Notes: generated from the letters alone by a model not told the origin. Positions 1-13,658 are shown, numbered from the whole stretch's first letter. The stretch: 63,186 bases of DNA, filler included, from Octopus bimaculoides (GCF_001194135.2; 5 parts of 5 records of this genome joined end to end with filler, not necessarily neighbours in it), one strand, 5' to 3'. Numbers and translations: made by a program.

Positions 1-53
<53 letters not shown>

Positions 54-1026
54 ATCACCTAAACTGTATATTTGGATGGATTGAAATCTTAATTAAGGAA
101 TTATTTGCTTAACCCTACTACTTTTTCCTTGTGTCGATTTAGCTGATATAGGCGGACGTTCCATTGATCACTTGCTCACTTACTAATCCTAGAATTCTTT
201 TAAAGACTTCAGGCTCTACTTACTTTTGCTTTCATTAAATCGTTAATATTTGTCAAACAAACTATTAATGAATAGTAAAACTATAGAATGCGAGAATATC
301 TGTGACGTTCTGCGCTGGTAAATATCTATATATAAATTTCAATCTGTACAATAGAATTTAGTGCCCTATGCTCTAGAACAGATAATAAGTGTATAATTCG
401 TTACTTAGAAATTTAGGGCCCAACATAAGCAAGTATACGATTCATGTTTTAATTTCAAATACTCCTTTAAAAGGATATCTAGTGAGAAGCATTGTCAGAT
501 ATCCTTAAGTCGTGCAATATCCAAATGCATCTAAACAGAATTTCTGCAAAATCCCTACATGTAAAATACTTGCGCAGTTCTGCATAACACTGAAGCAATG
601 AAATTGTTTGAAACAAACATCGGAGTTAGTTAAGGCTTCCCTCGACTACCAGGCATTTTCGATCAATTTCATGAGCCAACCATGACAGATGCTCTAAAGG
701 CTTTTCTGGCAGAACAATAACCACAAAACTTCTTTTGTTTTTCAATATTCTTTTAGTTGGTTCTAAATTCAAATAATGTAATCTCACGTAGAGTCTCAAT
801 ATTACTTGAAGTAAGTACTGCATGGATATCAACCACGAAAAAGGAAAGCATGTCATGCTGATAGAACAACAGCATATAGGACAAATAAACTATAATACCA
901 ATGTTGATGCAGTTCAAATCATGACATTCATTTGGAATATGTGGACACATTCATCTAGTGGGATTTGTGTGCGCGTGTGCGTATGTGTTTCTATGTGTGT
1001 ATGTGTTCTTCTTTGTATATGTGCGC

Positions 1027-1069
<43 letters not shown>

Positions 1070-1410
1070 CGTTTGTGTCTCTGTGTTTGTGATTATAACG
1101 AAAATGTATCGTGCGACCAGGAATAAAGGAATGAATTGCCATAGCAAAAGCTCATTTATCATAGATGACTAGTGTACGGAACAGCAAAAACGTTGTAATA
1201 TATGATACCTGAAACTTCTGTTGAATAGATAAGTGTCAAAGTTATATTAGAAAGAATCTTGGGAGGAAATTACCAAAATGTGAATAGAATGTTTCTACAG
1301 TATACTTAAATCGTTTAAATTGTTCGTAGAAAGACTACGGGAACAACTAGTAAATCTTAGAATTTAATGCATTAACAGAAAGGCTGGAATATATATATAT
1401 ATATATATAT

Positions 1411-1799
1411 CTTCCCATTCGGGGTCAGTTGCTTAAAATCTATATACTAGCTTAAGGAATCTTATATGTATACCATTCTGCCTAAATAATGGAACTGCAG
1501 ATACAATATCCCTGCATATCTCACATCTATTTTCATTCCTCCACTTCACTCTCTATTTCATATCTCCTCTAGAATAATTATTGCTTAACCCTTCTCTCAC
1601 ACCGTCTCCGATGAAAGGATATATAAAATACCCCGGAAACAGCTGTACGACCTTCTATCTATAAATGTTCTGAAATCTTTCACAACCTTGGATTTTTATC
1701 TCATTCTGTTAATTTATATATATATATATATATATCTTCCCATTCGGGGTCAGTTGCTTAAAATCTATATACTAGCTTAAGGAATCTTATATGTATACC
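1411..1799 (+). repeat. 325-bp repeat unit with a hammerhead-like motif, followed by the first 64 bp of an identical second unit (Penelope pLTR- or retrozyme-like)
   Basis: 1411-1474 is identical to 1736-1799 (then a gap). Motif GTCT-CCGATGA-stem II-GAAA-CAGCTG-TA-CGAC at 1604-1651. Confidence 0.6.
1603..1652 (+). ncRNA. Minimal type I hammerhead-ribozyme-like motif
   Basis: CCGATGA (1608-1614), imperfect stem II, GAAA (1636-1639), palindromic stem III ACAGCTGT (1639-1646), GUA triplet, stem I GTC/GAC. Deviations: U4C and one stem I mismatch. Confidence 0.6.
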
Positions 1800-3060
1800 N
1801 NNNNNNNNNNNNNNNNNNNNNNNNNNNNNNNNNNNNNNNNNNNNNNNNNNNNNNNNNNNNNNNNNNNNNNNNNNNNNNNNNNNNNNNNNNNNNNNNNNNN
1901 NNNNNNNNNNNNNNNNNNNNNNNNNNNNNNNNNNNNNNNNNNNNNNNNNNNNNNNNNNNNNNNNNNNNNNNNNNNNNNNNNNNNNNNNNNNNNNNNNNNN
2001 NNNNNNNNNNNNNNNNNNNNNNNNNNNNNNNNNNNNNNNNNNNNNNNNNNNNNNNNNNNNNNNNNNNNNNNNNNNNNNNNNNNNNNNNNNNNNNNNNNNN
2101 NNNNNNNNNNNNNNNNNNNNNNNNNNNNNNNNNNNNNNNNNNNNNNNNNNNNNNNNNNNNNNNNNNNNNNNNNNNNNNNNNNNNNNNNNNNNNNNNNNNN
2201 NNNNNNNNNNNNNNNNNNNNNNNNNNNNNNNNNNNNNNNNNNNNNNNNNNNNNNNNNNNNNNNNNNNNNNNNNNNNNNNNNNNNNNNNNNNNNNNNNNNN
2301 NNNNNNNNNNNNNNNNNNNNNNNNNNNNNNNNNNNNNNNNNNNNNNNNNNNNNNNNNNNNNNNNNNNNNNNNNNNNNNNNNNNNNNNNNNNNNNNNNNNN
2401 NNNNNNNNNNNNNNNNNNNNNNNNNNNNNNNNNNNNNNNNNNNNNNNNNNNNNNNNNNNNNNNNNNNNNNNNNNNNNNNNNNNNNNNNNNNNNNNNNNNN
2501 NNNNNNNNNNNNNNNNNNNNNNNNNNNNNNNNNNNNNNNNNNNNNNNNNNNAGAAGATCTGCAAACAGATCTCTGACTTGTTTTGGAGAATTTGTTGCAA
2601 ATGTTTGCTTCAGAGTCATTTCCTAATGTAAAAACATCGCCAAAAACAATCGCAGTAATGAAAACAGTAAGAATCCAAAAGTTCAGGATTGCAGGTGCGG
2701 AATCGGCACGGAATGTTTATTTACTCACAGGTTTGGTCTTTAGACTATAAAAATTGTTATCTTACAAAAAAATTTGTCGCAAAAAGTCACGTAAAAATAT
2801 TGCCGAAAACAATCACGTTAATGAAAAATTAGGAATTCAAAATTTCAGGATTGCAGGTGCGGATTCGGCCCGGGAAGTTTTTATTTTACTTACAGAGCCA
2901 GCCTGATTCCAGGATGGTATGATATGTAGGAGTAAAGTTAGAAAAGTGTGATACACTAACACGCTGACACTCACATTTATTATATTATATTATATTATAT
3001 TATATTATGTTATGTTATGTTATGTTANNNNNNNNNNATTATATTATATTATATTATATT

Positions 3061-3220
3061 AAGGCGGCGAGCTGGCAGAATCGTTAGTACGTCGGGCGAA
3101 ATATTTAGCGGTATTTCGTCCGCAGTTAGGTTTTGAGTTTGAATTCTGCCGAGGTCGACTCTACTTTTCATCCTTTCGGATCAACTGGAACCCTCGTTGT
3201 TGTAACTGACGGAGTGCCAC
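3061..3220 (+). mobile_element. Chimeric SINE: family A head joined to family B tail
   Basis: AAGGCGGCGAGCTGGC...CATCCTTTCGG followed directly by ATCAACTGGAACCCTCGTTGTTGTAACTGACGGAGTGCCAC. Confidence 0.75.
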
Positions 3221-3714
3221 GATATATCTAACGCATTATATATATATACAAAAATTTTATAATTATAAGCATAATTATAATTAGGGTTTAGCAAAATTGC
3301 TTCACCACATATCGAAATTTAGAAATAGCAGTTAAATACTATTCCACTTCTATAAGATATCTCCCAGACAGCAATACTCCCAACTCGCGCAGGCAAAGAG
3401 AAAAAAATAGCGATACCACCCGGCTTTGATCAACTATATACGCGTTTCTGGATTAAAGAGATGCAAAACATTTTTACTCACTTATTTCCGTCTCCAGTAT
3501 AGTATTTCAATTATAAATTTGAGAGTGCTAATAAATATGATATGTATTCGACCAAGGGCCGTCGAATAGCTTATATCCAAAAACCAGCACTTCCTAATTC
3601 ATATAGACGAGTGAGAACTCGCATTCTTACCCAATCACCCACGTGCGCTACGAGTAATCCCGCAGAAACTGCAGTTTACTACCAGGGAGTGAATTATATT
3701 ATCAATACTGATAT

Positions 3715-3765
<51 letters not shown>

Positions 3766-4252
3766 TACATATATGCATGTTAGGCAGCTAGACTAGCGGT
3801 GTGGGGGCTGCTGCCACGATCCCGTAATCGTGATTTCAATTCTTACATCAGGTGCTGCATGGTGTTCTTGAGCAAAAACACTTTATCTTACGTTGGTCTG
3901 CGATCACTTCGACACCTGACGCACTTATTCATGAAATTGCAGAACCGTCTTTCTCGAACTACTCTTGACTGCTACCGTATATATGCATGTGTGTATGTAT
4001 GAATGTATAGATAATTAAAATAGAGGGTAGAAATGAAAGAGAAAAGCACTAACTAAATTGATAGCAATAGGAAGAACATTCTTGAAAAAGTGAGTGTCTT
4101 TTACGAAATGGTTTCCTTTTATTTTTCCTATAAATTGTATATTACAAAGCGTTCTTCTTAAGAATTATATATTAAACTATATCACACTCACACATATACA
4201 CGCACACACACACATATATATATACACATACATACGTACATACATACATAGG

Positions 4253-4307
<55 letters not shown>

Positions 4308-5298
4308 TATAGAAATGCATATACACATGCAAGTATTAAAAGAAACCAAAGGCTTTATGGTAAATAGATATGGGAAAATAATCTGCAGCATTTTAGTTTG
4401 GTTTAGTTGGTTGTAATTTACACACTCATGCATGCATGTGCGTGTGTGTGTGTATAAGTGTGTGCTTATATGTGTGTATATGTGTGCTCGTTTGTATGTA
4501 CACATGATTGCGTATGCTCACAAGCACGCCGTTTATGTTTTACTCTGTCTAAAATACTAAGGAACCTACTTTAAGATAAAACAGCGTTAACATACCGTTT
4601 AGGGTATATGATTCTGAAAGTTAACTGAGAACGTTGAAAAACTCGTTACCTTGATAATATCTTAATCGTTGTCACTCAAAGCATTTCCTCTCCTCATCCG
4701 AATACCACTTTGGGGGTTTTATCATTTCTTGAAATCTAAGAGGCAGCGATTTCCTCAGCTTGCTGAGAACATTTGATTCGATAATACGTGAAATGCTGGT
4801 AGCATTAATTTTCGACTACGTCAATTGTTGGTAAATGAAGCTTTCTAAACTCCAATAAAGGAATGAATACGCGTCAAGATGTTGATGGATCCTGCATCGA
4901 TTTCGACGAAGAGCAAGTCAGTCGTTCCGCCCAATGAATTTTTACTCGGTGAATTGATGTTAGTGTCTGAATGTTCCACTAATACATTTGGCCTTCACTT
5001 AATTCTCAGGTGGAATCGGCATAGAACGATGTGACCAGGCTTTTGAATTACATGTACGGTACAAGTAGTAAGAATGACAAGGCAATCCACCCCTCAGATA
5101 AAAATTACAAAACTGGCTTGGATTTGAATTCACAGACAAGAGAACAGGAATGAACACCATATGGAGTTCTGTGTGACACTTTAGCCATTCTGCCATATTT
5201 ACAAACAAACTTATAAGTGAGACCATTCGATCAATTAAAAACAGCAGCCAAATAGCAATACATGACACCATCATAAATAGCATGCGCATCTATATATG

Positions 5299-5616
5299 CG
5301 AAGGTGCAAGGGCCCAGTGGTTAGAGCAGCTGACTCGCGGTCGGAGGATCGCGGTTTCGATTCCCAGACCGGCGTTGTGTGTGTTTGTTGAGCGAAAACA
5401 CCTAAAGCCCCACGAGGCTCCGGCAGGGGGTTGTGGCGACCCTTGTTGTACTTTTTCGCCCCAACTTTCTCTCATTCATTCTTCCTGTTTCTTGAATAAC
5501 GCTGTGATGGACTGGCGTCCCGTCCAGCTGGGGGAACACATACGCCATAGAAACCGGGAAACTGGACCCATGAGCCTGGCTAGGCTTTAAAAGGGCGCAT
5601 TAACAATAAAAAAAAA
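5299..5616 (+). mobile_element. tRNA-derived SINE with V-domain-like core and poly(A) end
   Basis: A box CAGTGGTTAGAGC, B box GGTTTCGATTCC, GTGATGGACTGGCGTCCCGTCCAG (resembles the V-SINE core from memory), A-rich end at 5604-5616. Confidence 0.75.
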
Positions 5617-5711
5617 CCTACATATATAGAAAGAGTAAATACTAGAGAGTACAACCTACTACTGCATGTTGCTTTAAAGCTCGTTAGTAAAAGCATTGTA
5701 AAATTTGTTTA

Positions 5712-5744
<33 letters not shown>

Positions 5745-6985
5745 GGAATGATGTTTTACTTCTACCGGTTATTAGACTGTAGCCATTCTGGGGAGCCATC
5801 TGGTAGAGTTTTTAGTCGAACGAATCGAACCTAGTACTATTTTTTTAAGCATGGCGCTTATTCTATCGGTCTCTTTTGCCGCGGACGTAAACACAACAAC
5901 ACAGGTTGTTAAGCATTGTTGAGGAGAAAAAAACACAGCCATAAAGGCGCGTGCACACACACATACATTTATATTATACATGTGTGTATGTGCATTTCAT
6001 GATATTTATTATTTGTATTAGTATTATTGGGATTATCCTTTGTGTTACTGCTATCTTCATTATCGTCATTGTTAATACTATTATTATCGTGATTACCATT
6101 ATTGTTATTTTTGGCGAGCTGGCAGAATCGTTACCGTGCCGGGCAAAATGCGTAGCGGAATTTCGTCCGCCCTTACGTTCTGAGTTCAAATACAAACGTG
6201 GTCGACTTTGCCTTTCATACTATCGAGGTCGGTAAAATAAGTACCAGTTGAGTATTAGGGGCGATTAAATTGATTAAACCACTCCCCTAAGTTTCAAGCC
6301 ATGTGTCTATAGTAGAAAAGGATCATTATTATTGTTCTTATTAGTGGTAGTGGTAGTTGAAGTAATAGTAGTACCACCACGCTGATTTAACATGAGTGCT
6401 ACATAACTACATACACGCTATTTCAATGAACGTGATAGTTAATTATAGAACATTCAAATAATATTTGTTGAAAAATTTAGCTGAGTCCCATTTAGAAAAA
6501 AAAAAAAAGATTTAGTCTTTACTATTGTTTTATAGTTTTGATACTCAATTCGTTATTCTTCCAGTGAACTGATTCCTATCCTCCCAAAGGCCATACATTA
6601 AGACTGACATAGAGTAAATGAAGGTATCTAACGATTTCAATTCACGATTCTAATACATCTGACAAAACTTTGAATACCTCACTGCCAATTTATTATTCCA
6701 TGGATCGTTTAACCTTTTTTTTTTACTTCACTAGAAACGATTACATAATTTCTCCTACGAGTAAAATGCTAAAAAAAAAACGAATGCTGTTAAAATGATT
6801 TCTGACTTTGGCACAAGGCCAGCAATATTAAGAGCAAGAACCTAATCGGTACCCTCGAATCCATTTCTTTGCTGATACGTAGTTATCTATCCCTGAGAGT
6901 CTGAAAGAAAAGTTGGCCCTAAAGAGCCATGAATGCTCCTAAAATGCTACTATAATGAGCAATCATTTATATATATCTGAATGTA

Positions 6986-7296
6986 GTGAAGGCGCATGGC
7001 TTAGTTGTTAGGGCATTCGGCTCACGATCGTGAGTTCGATTCCCGGCGACGCGTTGTGCCCTTGAGCAAGACACTTTATTTCACGTTGCTCCAGTCCACT
7101 CAGCTGGCAAAAATTAGTAGTACCAAAGGACCGGCCGTGTCTCGCTATGTGTCACGCCGAGTCTCCCTGAGAACTACGTTAAGGGTACACGTGTCTGTGG
7201 AGTGCTCAGCCACTTGCACGTTAATTTCATGAGCAAGTTGTTCGATTGATCGTATCAGCTGGGACCCCCGTCGTCGTAACCGACAGAGTGCACCTT
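6986..7296 (+). mobile_element. tRNA-derived SINE (family B here), full length with 14-bp TSD
   Basis: A box TGGCTTAGTTG, B box GAGTTCGATTCC, CORE-like CCTTGAGCAAGACACTT. TSD TATATCTGAATGTA at 6972-6985 and 7297-7310. Confidence 0.9.
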
Positions 7297-7863
7297 TATA
7301 TCTGAATGTATTTATAGGTATTTTCTGACTTAGACGTACAAATAGCGGGTTATTTGCTAAAATACATTCGTTAAGCTTAAATAATACGAACACGTTAATA
7401 ATATTCTAGAATATGTTCTAATTCAATAAAATCTTTTAGTTGTTTTTAAAAGTTTCAGTGTATAAGGAGTATATAAGTAGTCGATTGAATGAGTGGAATT
7501 CTTAATGCATGGACCGCCTAGAAATAAAGGGCAAACATTTCCTTTTGACTTTATTTGAATACCTTAAGAAAAGAATATATATAATATATATGTGATATTT
7601 CGACCGAAACGAAGATATAGTAATTTTTGCATCAATTTTCCTCATAAAAAAATGGGGGAAAGCAAATATTATTCTAGCTGTATGAGCAAGGTTAATATTT
7701 GATTTGATATGGTTAAAACGCATGTACCATACGAAATAACGATAACTTTATTCGTCTGCGGAAATTTACGAACATGTGTGCGTGGGTATATACTATATAT
7801 ATATAGTAAGCAGTTATTACATGTGTGTTTGTGTGTGCGTGTCTCTCTCTCTCTATCTCTCTC

Positions 7864-7954
<91 letters not shown>

Positions 7955-9924
7955 CGAAAATGAAAGAAAATATACCGCATATTATTTATTTATTTGGTTT
8001 CAGGGGGGAAAAAAACTGCAGCAATTTATTTATTATATTGACCATTGATGAAGTCAAAATATTTTCATCCTCCGTTTGTAGCAGTGAATTACGACTGTAA
8101 ATAAAAGTAAAACATCCTTTAGGTTTTCTTCTATTTTTGCTTTCTTTGCTTCCCAGTTTCGATTTATTACTAGAATAGAGTAACATATAATCTATGATAT
8201 AACTACTTATTGAACCTTTTTCTTGTCTGTAAGCAATTGCACCAAATAGATATTTCGAAGAGAGACCATTTATAATGGAAAGTTCTTATTCGTTACTCTA
8301 TTTCTTCAACTGATATGTCTTGACCGGACTAACAGGAGCCATTTTAGTTTGTCTCCGATAAATGTTCAATCATATGGATTATACAACCTTGTAATATCGA
8401 TGATAACATAAAGAAACGGCTTTTATTACACATATACGTGCGCCTGTATGTGAGTGTGCATATTCATACATATATTATATATATATATATGAATATATAT
8501 ANNNNNNNNNNNNNNNNNNNNNNNNNNNNNNNNNNNNNNNNNNNNNNNNNNNNNNNNNNNNNNNNNNNNNNNNNNNNNNNNNNNNNNNNNNNNNNNNNNN
8601 NNNNNNNNNNNNNNNNNNNNNNNNNNNNNNNNNNNNNNNNNNNNNNNNNNNNNNNNNNNNNNNNNNNNNNNNNNNNNNNNNNNNNNNNNNNNNNNNNNNN
8701 NNNNNNNNNNNNNNNNNNNNNNNNNNNNNNNNNNNNNNNNNNNNNNNNNNNNNNNNNNNNNNNNNNNNNNNNNNNNNNNNNNNNNNNNNNNNNNNNNNNN
8801 NNNNNNNNNNNNNNNNNNNNNNNNNNNNNNNNNNNNNNNNNNNNNNNNNNNNNNNNNNNNNNNNNNNNNNNNNNNNNNNNNNNNNNNNNNNNNNNNNNNN
8901 NNNNNNNNNNNNNNNNNNNNNNNNNNNNNNNNNNNNNNNNNNNNNNNNNNNNNNNNNNNNNNNNNNNNNNNNNNNNNNNNNNNNNNNNNNNNNNNNNNNN
9001 NNNNNNNNNNNNNNNNNNNNNNNNNNNNNNNNNNNNNNNNNNNNNNNNNNNNNNNNNNNNNNNNNNNNNNNNNNNNNNNNNNNNNNNNNNNNNNNNNNNN
9101 NNNNNNNNNNNNNNNNNNNNNNNNNNNNNNNNNNNNNNNNNNNNNNNNNNNNNNNNNNNNNNNNNNNNNNNNNNNATATATATATATATATATATACATA
9201 TATATAAGTACATTTTCAAGTAACTGAAATAAAGTAAAGTTTATAAGTTTCCCGTTGCGGAAATTAAAGCTTGAACACATCTTGTTTTTCTTTGTCCTTT
9301 GATTACTTTCACATTGTTATATGCTTTTATAATCATATAGCATTTAATGTACACCGTATTGAAATAAGAACTACTACTAGTTTCATGCTACGGAGACACG
9401 ATTATTCAGCAGATTTATGTAGTGTGCTCTGTGACTCTAAGTAGTTTTTCAGGCTCAGATGCACTGAACCCGAAAAGGTGCTGAGTAAGTCATATTATAT
9501 AAATCGGTCGAATTACTGTGTCTTTAAGGCTTGAAATTAGTAGCAGTTCTTATTTTGATACCATGTACATGAAACGATATTTATCTCTCACTAGCTGGAG
9601 TACTTTTTGTTGATGCTAGCTAAAGAGGAACGTTACACTACATATTCATGTGTGTATGTGTGTATGTGTCTGTCTGTGCCTGTGTGTGTGTATGTGTGTG
9701 CGGAGCGAAGTCTTGAGTATATGCATAAGAGTATATATGTTTGCATATCTGTACGCATAAGCCTACGGACATGGTTGCTATTAAGTTATATTGGTAATAT
9801 ACTGAGACAGACTTTAAATAAACTTCCTCTTTAAAAAATCTAAATATTATACAAATCTAAAGAAAGAAGTCAATATTCATCGTACAGTGAGTTTAACATA
9901 GAACAAGTTTTAGACGCGCGCACA

Positions 9925-9969
<45 letters not shown>

Positions 9970-10960
9970 GCACGCACTCCACAAGTACACACAACACATA
10001 CCAGACATTTCATGACGTTGAAGATGGAACCAACGTACGAAACAACGTTTAATATGGATCAAAGCCAAATGATCAACACAGCTTAGACATTAAACTTTCC
10101 AAAGTACGTCGGGGACGTCATCCCTAAATTGTGATGAATGTAAAATAAAGGGTTGTTTCTTGAAGCAGCTAATTCGTCCATATAATTCTTTGTTGCTACA
10201 CAGTATGGTTAAAGATTTCCCACTTTCGATTTGAAACATCCCTACACATTTTAAAATTTGTCGCTATCGTTGAGGTTTAGCTCTGTTTTGCCTTGATCGA
10301 GTAGAACGATGTTCAGATACGACCCAGTTCCAATCATGCCGTCGTTGCTTTTTCAGGACTACATTATCCAAAGTATTTTTCTTTTAACTTTAACCCAATT
10401 GTATTATTTCGTGAATGGACATTTGACTGATATTTCTAGATAAGTGACGACATAGAGACACTGTCATAGACTAATATATAAAATTAGGAAAATTTATTTT
10501 TATGTCATTCAGAAGCTTTTCAATTACGTAAGTATCAGAAGTCAAGGGATAGAATTTCAACTTAAGTGATGACCTCAGCTCAAGTAAAGCATACTCCACC
10601 GTTAACATTCTTGTTAAGTTCTACATAGAGAGTGTTTAGAAGAGAGATATAATCGATTAAAACTATTTCGACATATGACTGAATCATATAGGAGCCAATG
10701 AGCCCCTTGCATGCAGTCACTCTACTTGTAGATATAGTGGCCGAATCTTCCTCAGATCAGATTCTAGCGTCTTTAAAGAATAGTACGTATTCAATGTTTT
10801 GCTGTCCTAATAACTATCAGAGCCCAATAACATAAAGTACCGATCAAGTACTGTGGTCGATGTCATTGACAAACTACACATACCCACTTTTCATAACTGC
10901 TAGAATTAGAGCAAGATTTGAAACACTTCATATTGTTATTATTGATGGGACGAGCTTTGA

Positions 10961-11892
10961 TGACGAGCTGGCAGAATCGTTAGCACACCTGGCAAAGTGT
11001 TAATGGCATTTCGTCTGCCTACACTTTCTGAGTTAAAATTCCGCCGAGGTCGACTTTGCCTTTCATCCTTTCGAGGTTGATAATATATGTACCAGTTGAG
11101 CACTGGTTTCAATGTATTCGGCTTACCCTCACCCCAGAAACTGCTGGCCTTGCGCAAAAATTTGAAACCATTATTGAGGCAGTGATCTGGCAGAAAGGGT
11201 AGTATGCTGGACAAACAACTTGGCAGCATTTTTTCCGGATCTTTACATTCTGAATTCAAATTACGCCAAAGTAAACCTTACCTTCGATTTTTTCAAGGTT
11301 GTTAATAGAATTACCAGTTGAATACTGGATCAGTGTAATCGATTATCCCTCTCACTCAGAATTTCAAACATCATGTCGATAGTATGAATTATTATTACTA
11401 TTATTGTTATTATTGTTATTATTATTATTATTATTATTATTAAAGCGGTGAACTGGCAGAATCGCTCGCACGCCGGGCGAAACGCTTAGCGGCATTTCGT
11501 CTACTTTTACGCTCTCGGTTCAAATTCCGCTGAGGTCGACTTTGCCTTTCATCCTTTCGAGGTCGATAGATTAAGTGCCAGCGAAAAACTGGGTTCGATG
11601 TAACCGAGTAGTCCCCTGCCGCCAAATTTCAGGCCTCGCGCCTTTAGTAGAAAGGATTGTAATTATTATCATTATTTAAAGCGGATAGCTGGCAGAGTCG
11701 TTAGCACGCTGGTCGAAGTGCTGGGCTGTATTTCGCTCGTCGCTATCTTCCGATTTCAAATACCACCGAGGTCGATTTTGCCTTTTATCCTTTCGGGGTC
11801 GATAAATTAAATACCAGTGAAATACTGGAGTCGATGTAATCGACTTATCTGCTCGCACAAAAAATACCCTTGTGCAAAAATTTGAAACCATT
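10961..11892 (+). mobile_element. Four head-to-tail copies of tRNA-derived SINE family A separated by (ATT)n tracts
   Basis: Starts at about 10961, 11187 (very decayed), 11443 and 11678, each GCGAGCTGGCAGAATCGTTAGC...GAGTTCAAATTCCGCCGAGGTCGACTTTGCCTTTCATCCTTTCG-like. Other family A copies at about 6113-6325(+), 15770-15905(-), 22900-23040(-), 33484-33700(+), 52180-52310(-). Confidence 0.88.
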
Positions 11893-13186
11893 ATTATCAT
11901 TATTATTTCTTTTTGATTATTATTTCCATCAACACAACCATCATTATCTAACGCTGCAATATTTCCGTCTACTTTGATTATAGCGCTACTACTTCAAACC
12001 AGCCTTTCTAACTGCTGTTAGAAATTATTCTAATTAAGCGGTGTAAAAGATCACTTTAAATAAATGATTGCGTGCTTCGCGTTAATACTAAAAGCAAACT
12101 TGTGCCTCAGATATTCCTAGCAGAAGGAGATATCCTGTCCATTTACATGCAAAGAGAATATTGCAAATGTTTTAACAACGAACCCAAAACCGATATTCAT
12201 CAGTATTAACAATTATGCTACAGAAAAATGTGTTTCCAAGTCACGGAATGAATGAATCAACTTGGAAAATTTAAGTGCATTTAAGAACTTTACTTCATCA
12301 ACAACAAAAACAACAACGGCAATAACAACAACAACAATAACAAAAGCAGCGGTGACGACGGCGATGACGACGACGACGACAACAACAACATCAATTATAA
12401 AAGTGGAGAACTCTTAAAGTCAAATTCGATCTCATGAGCAGTATAATTCTTTCTTGGAACTCACCGAGTGTTTGTGTTCCGATGAAGATAAATTAAACAC
12501 TATCAGTAATCAAAATGTTGTCAGCTAAAATTTCTGGCTTAATCTACGATTTAATTAAATCCTAAAGTACTTGACATTAATTAACATTAAGAAATTCATA
12601 TTCGTTTAATTAAAATACGACAAAGCGTCAACCCAAATATCAAACTATACAGTGTGTAATCAATACAATCAATTCCTCAAACGTTGTCCATGCAGTGTTT
12701 ACATGTAAAGAAATCCAATCCAATGAACACTATGATATATTGTACTGGAAAACAATAGAACAAAGGCCTTTATTTTTCCTTAATCCATATCTAGTATTTT
12801 GAGTAACCGGCGCTGGTTTATTAATGTTGTAGGTCTTGTGTTTTCTTACGGTCGACTACTCGAAACTTGGTAATATTTCTGGTCTCCATTCGATCGAATG
12901 TTTGTAAGTTTAAGCTCCAGTTAAGCATGCAGAAGCAAACATGTATAGCTCTATACATGAAACAAGTTTAATTATATATATATATATATATNNNNNNNNN
13001 NNNNNNNNNNNNNNNNNNNNNNNNNNNNNNNNNNNNNNNNNNNNNNNNNNNNNNNNNNNNNNNNNNNNNNNNNNNNNNNNNNNNNNNNNNNNNNNNNNNN
13101 NNNNNNNNNNNNNNNNNNNNNNNNNNACACACACATATAGTGTATATATCATATTTGATACAAATATTCATACATACATACATACA

Positions 13187-13231
<45 letters not shown>

Positions 13232-13612
13232 GTATATATAGTTCTCGCCTTGCAATAAATCTCCTGATCTCGTTGTAGCATTTCATGTTAGTGACCCAGT
13301 GAACTTGCGCACGTTTACGTGGGCGTTTCTGGGCGTATATGTGTGTGTCCCGGTGTATGTATTTGTAAGTGAGCGCAGTCTTTTATACTTCTACTGGTTT
13401 ATGTCTGTAAAGTGTGATAATGCTCGCCACTGTTTTCACGCGTTTAGTCGATAACACTAACATTTAAATCTGACTTTCTGTTTTTTCTCATAGAAATGAT
13501 ATCGTAAATATTATAAACAACGGTAGTTTGACATAAAGATAAAAACACAAATTTATGTTAGCACACAGTCGAACATATATATATATATCTATATATATAA
13601 TATACTTATATA

Positions 13613-13658
<46 letters not shown>

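Noticed and set aside
1758-2619. Long ORFs spanning N runs (also about 8426-9280, 16428-17096, 36392-37276, 56599-57738)
   Set aside because: Artefacts of untranslatable gaps.
6986-7060. tRNA-like A/B-box heads here and in many other repeats
   Set aside because: They continue into SINE bodies and lack a complete cloverleaf, so they are not tRNA genes.
10961-11892. Regularly spaced repeats that superficially suggest a CRISPR-like array
   Set aside because: Units are about 200-bp eukaryotic SINEs with Pol III boxes; there are no short identical repeats with unique spacers and no cas genes.
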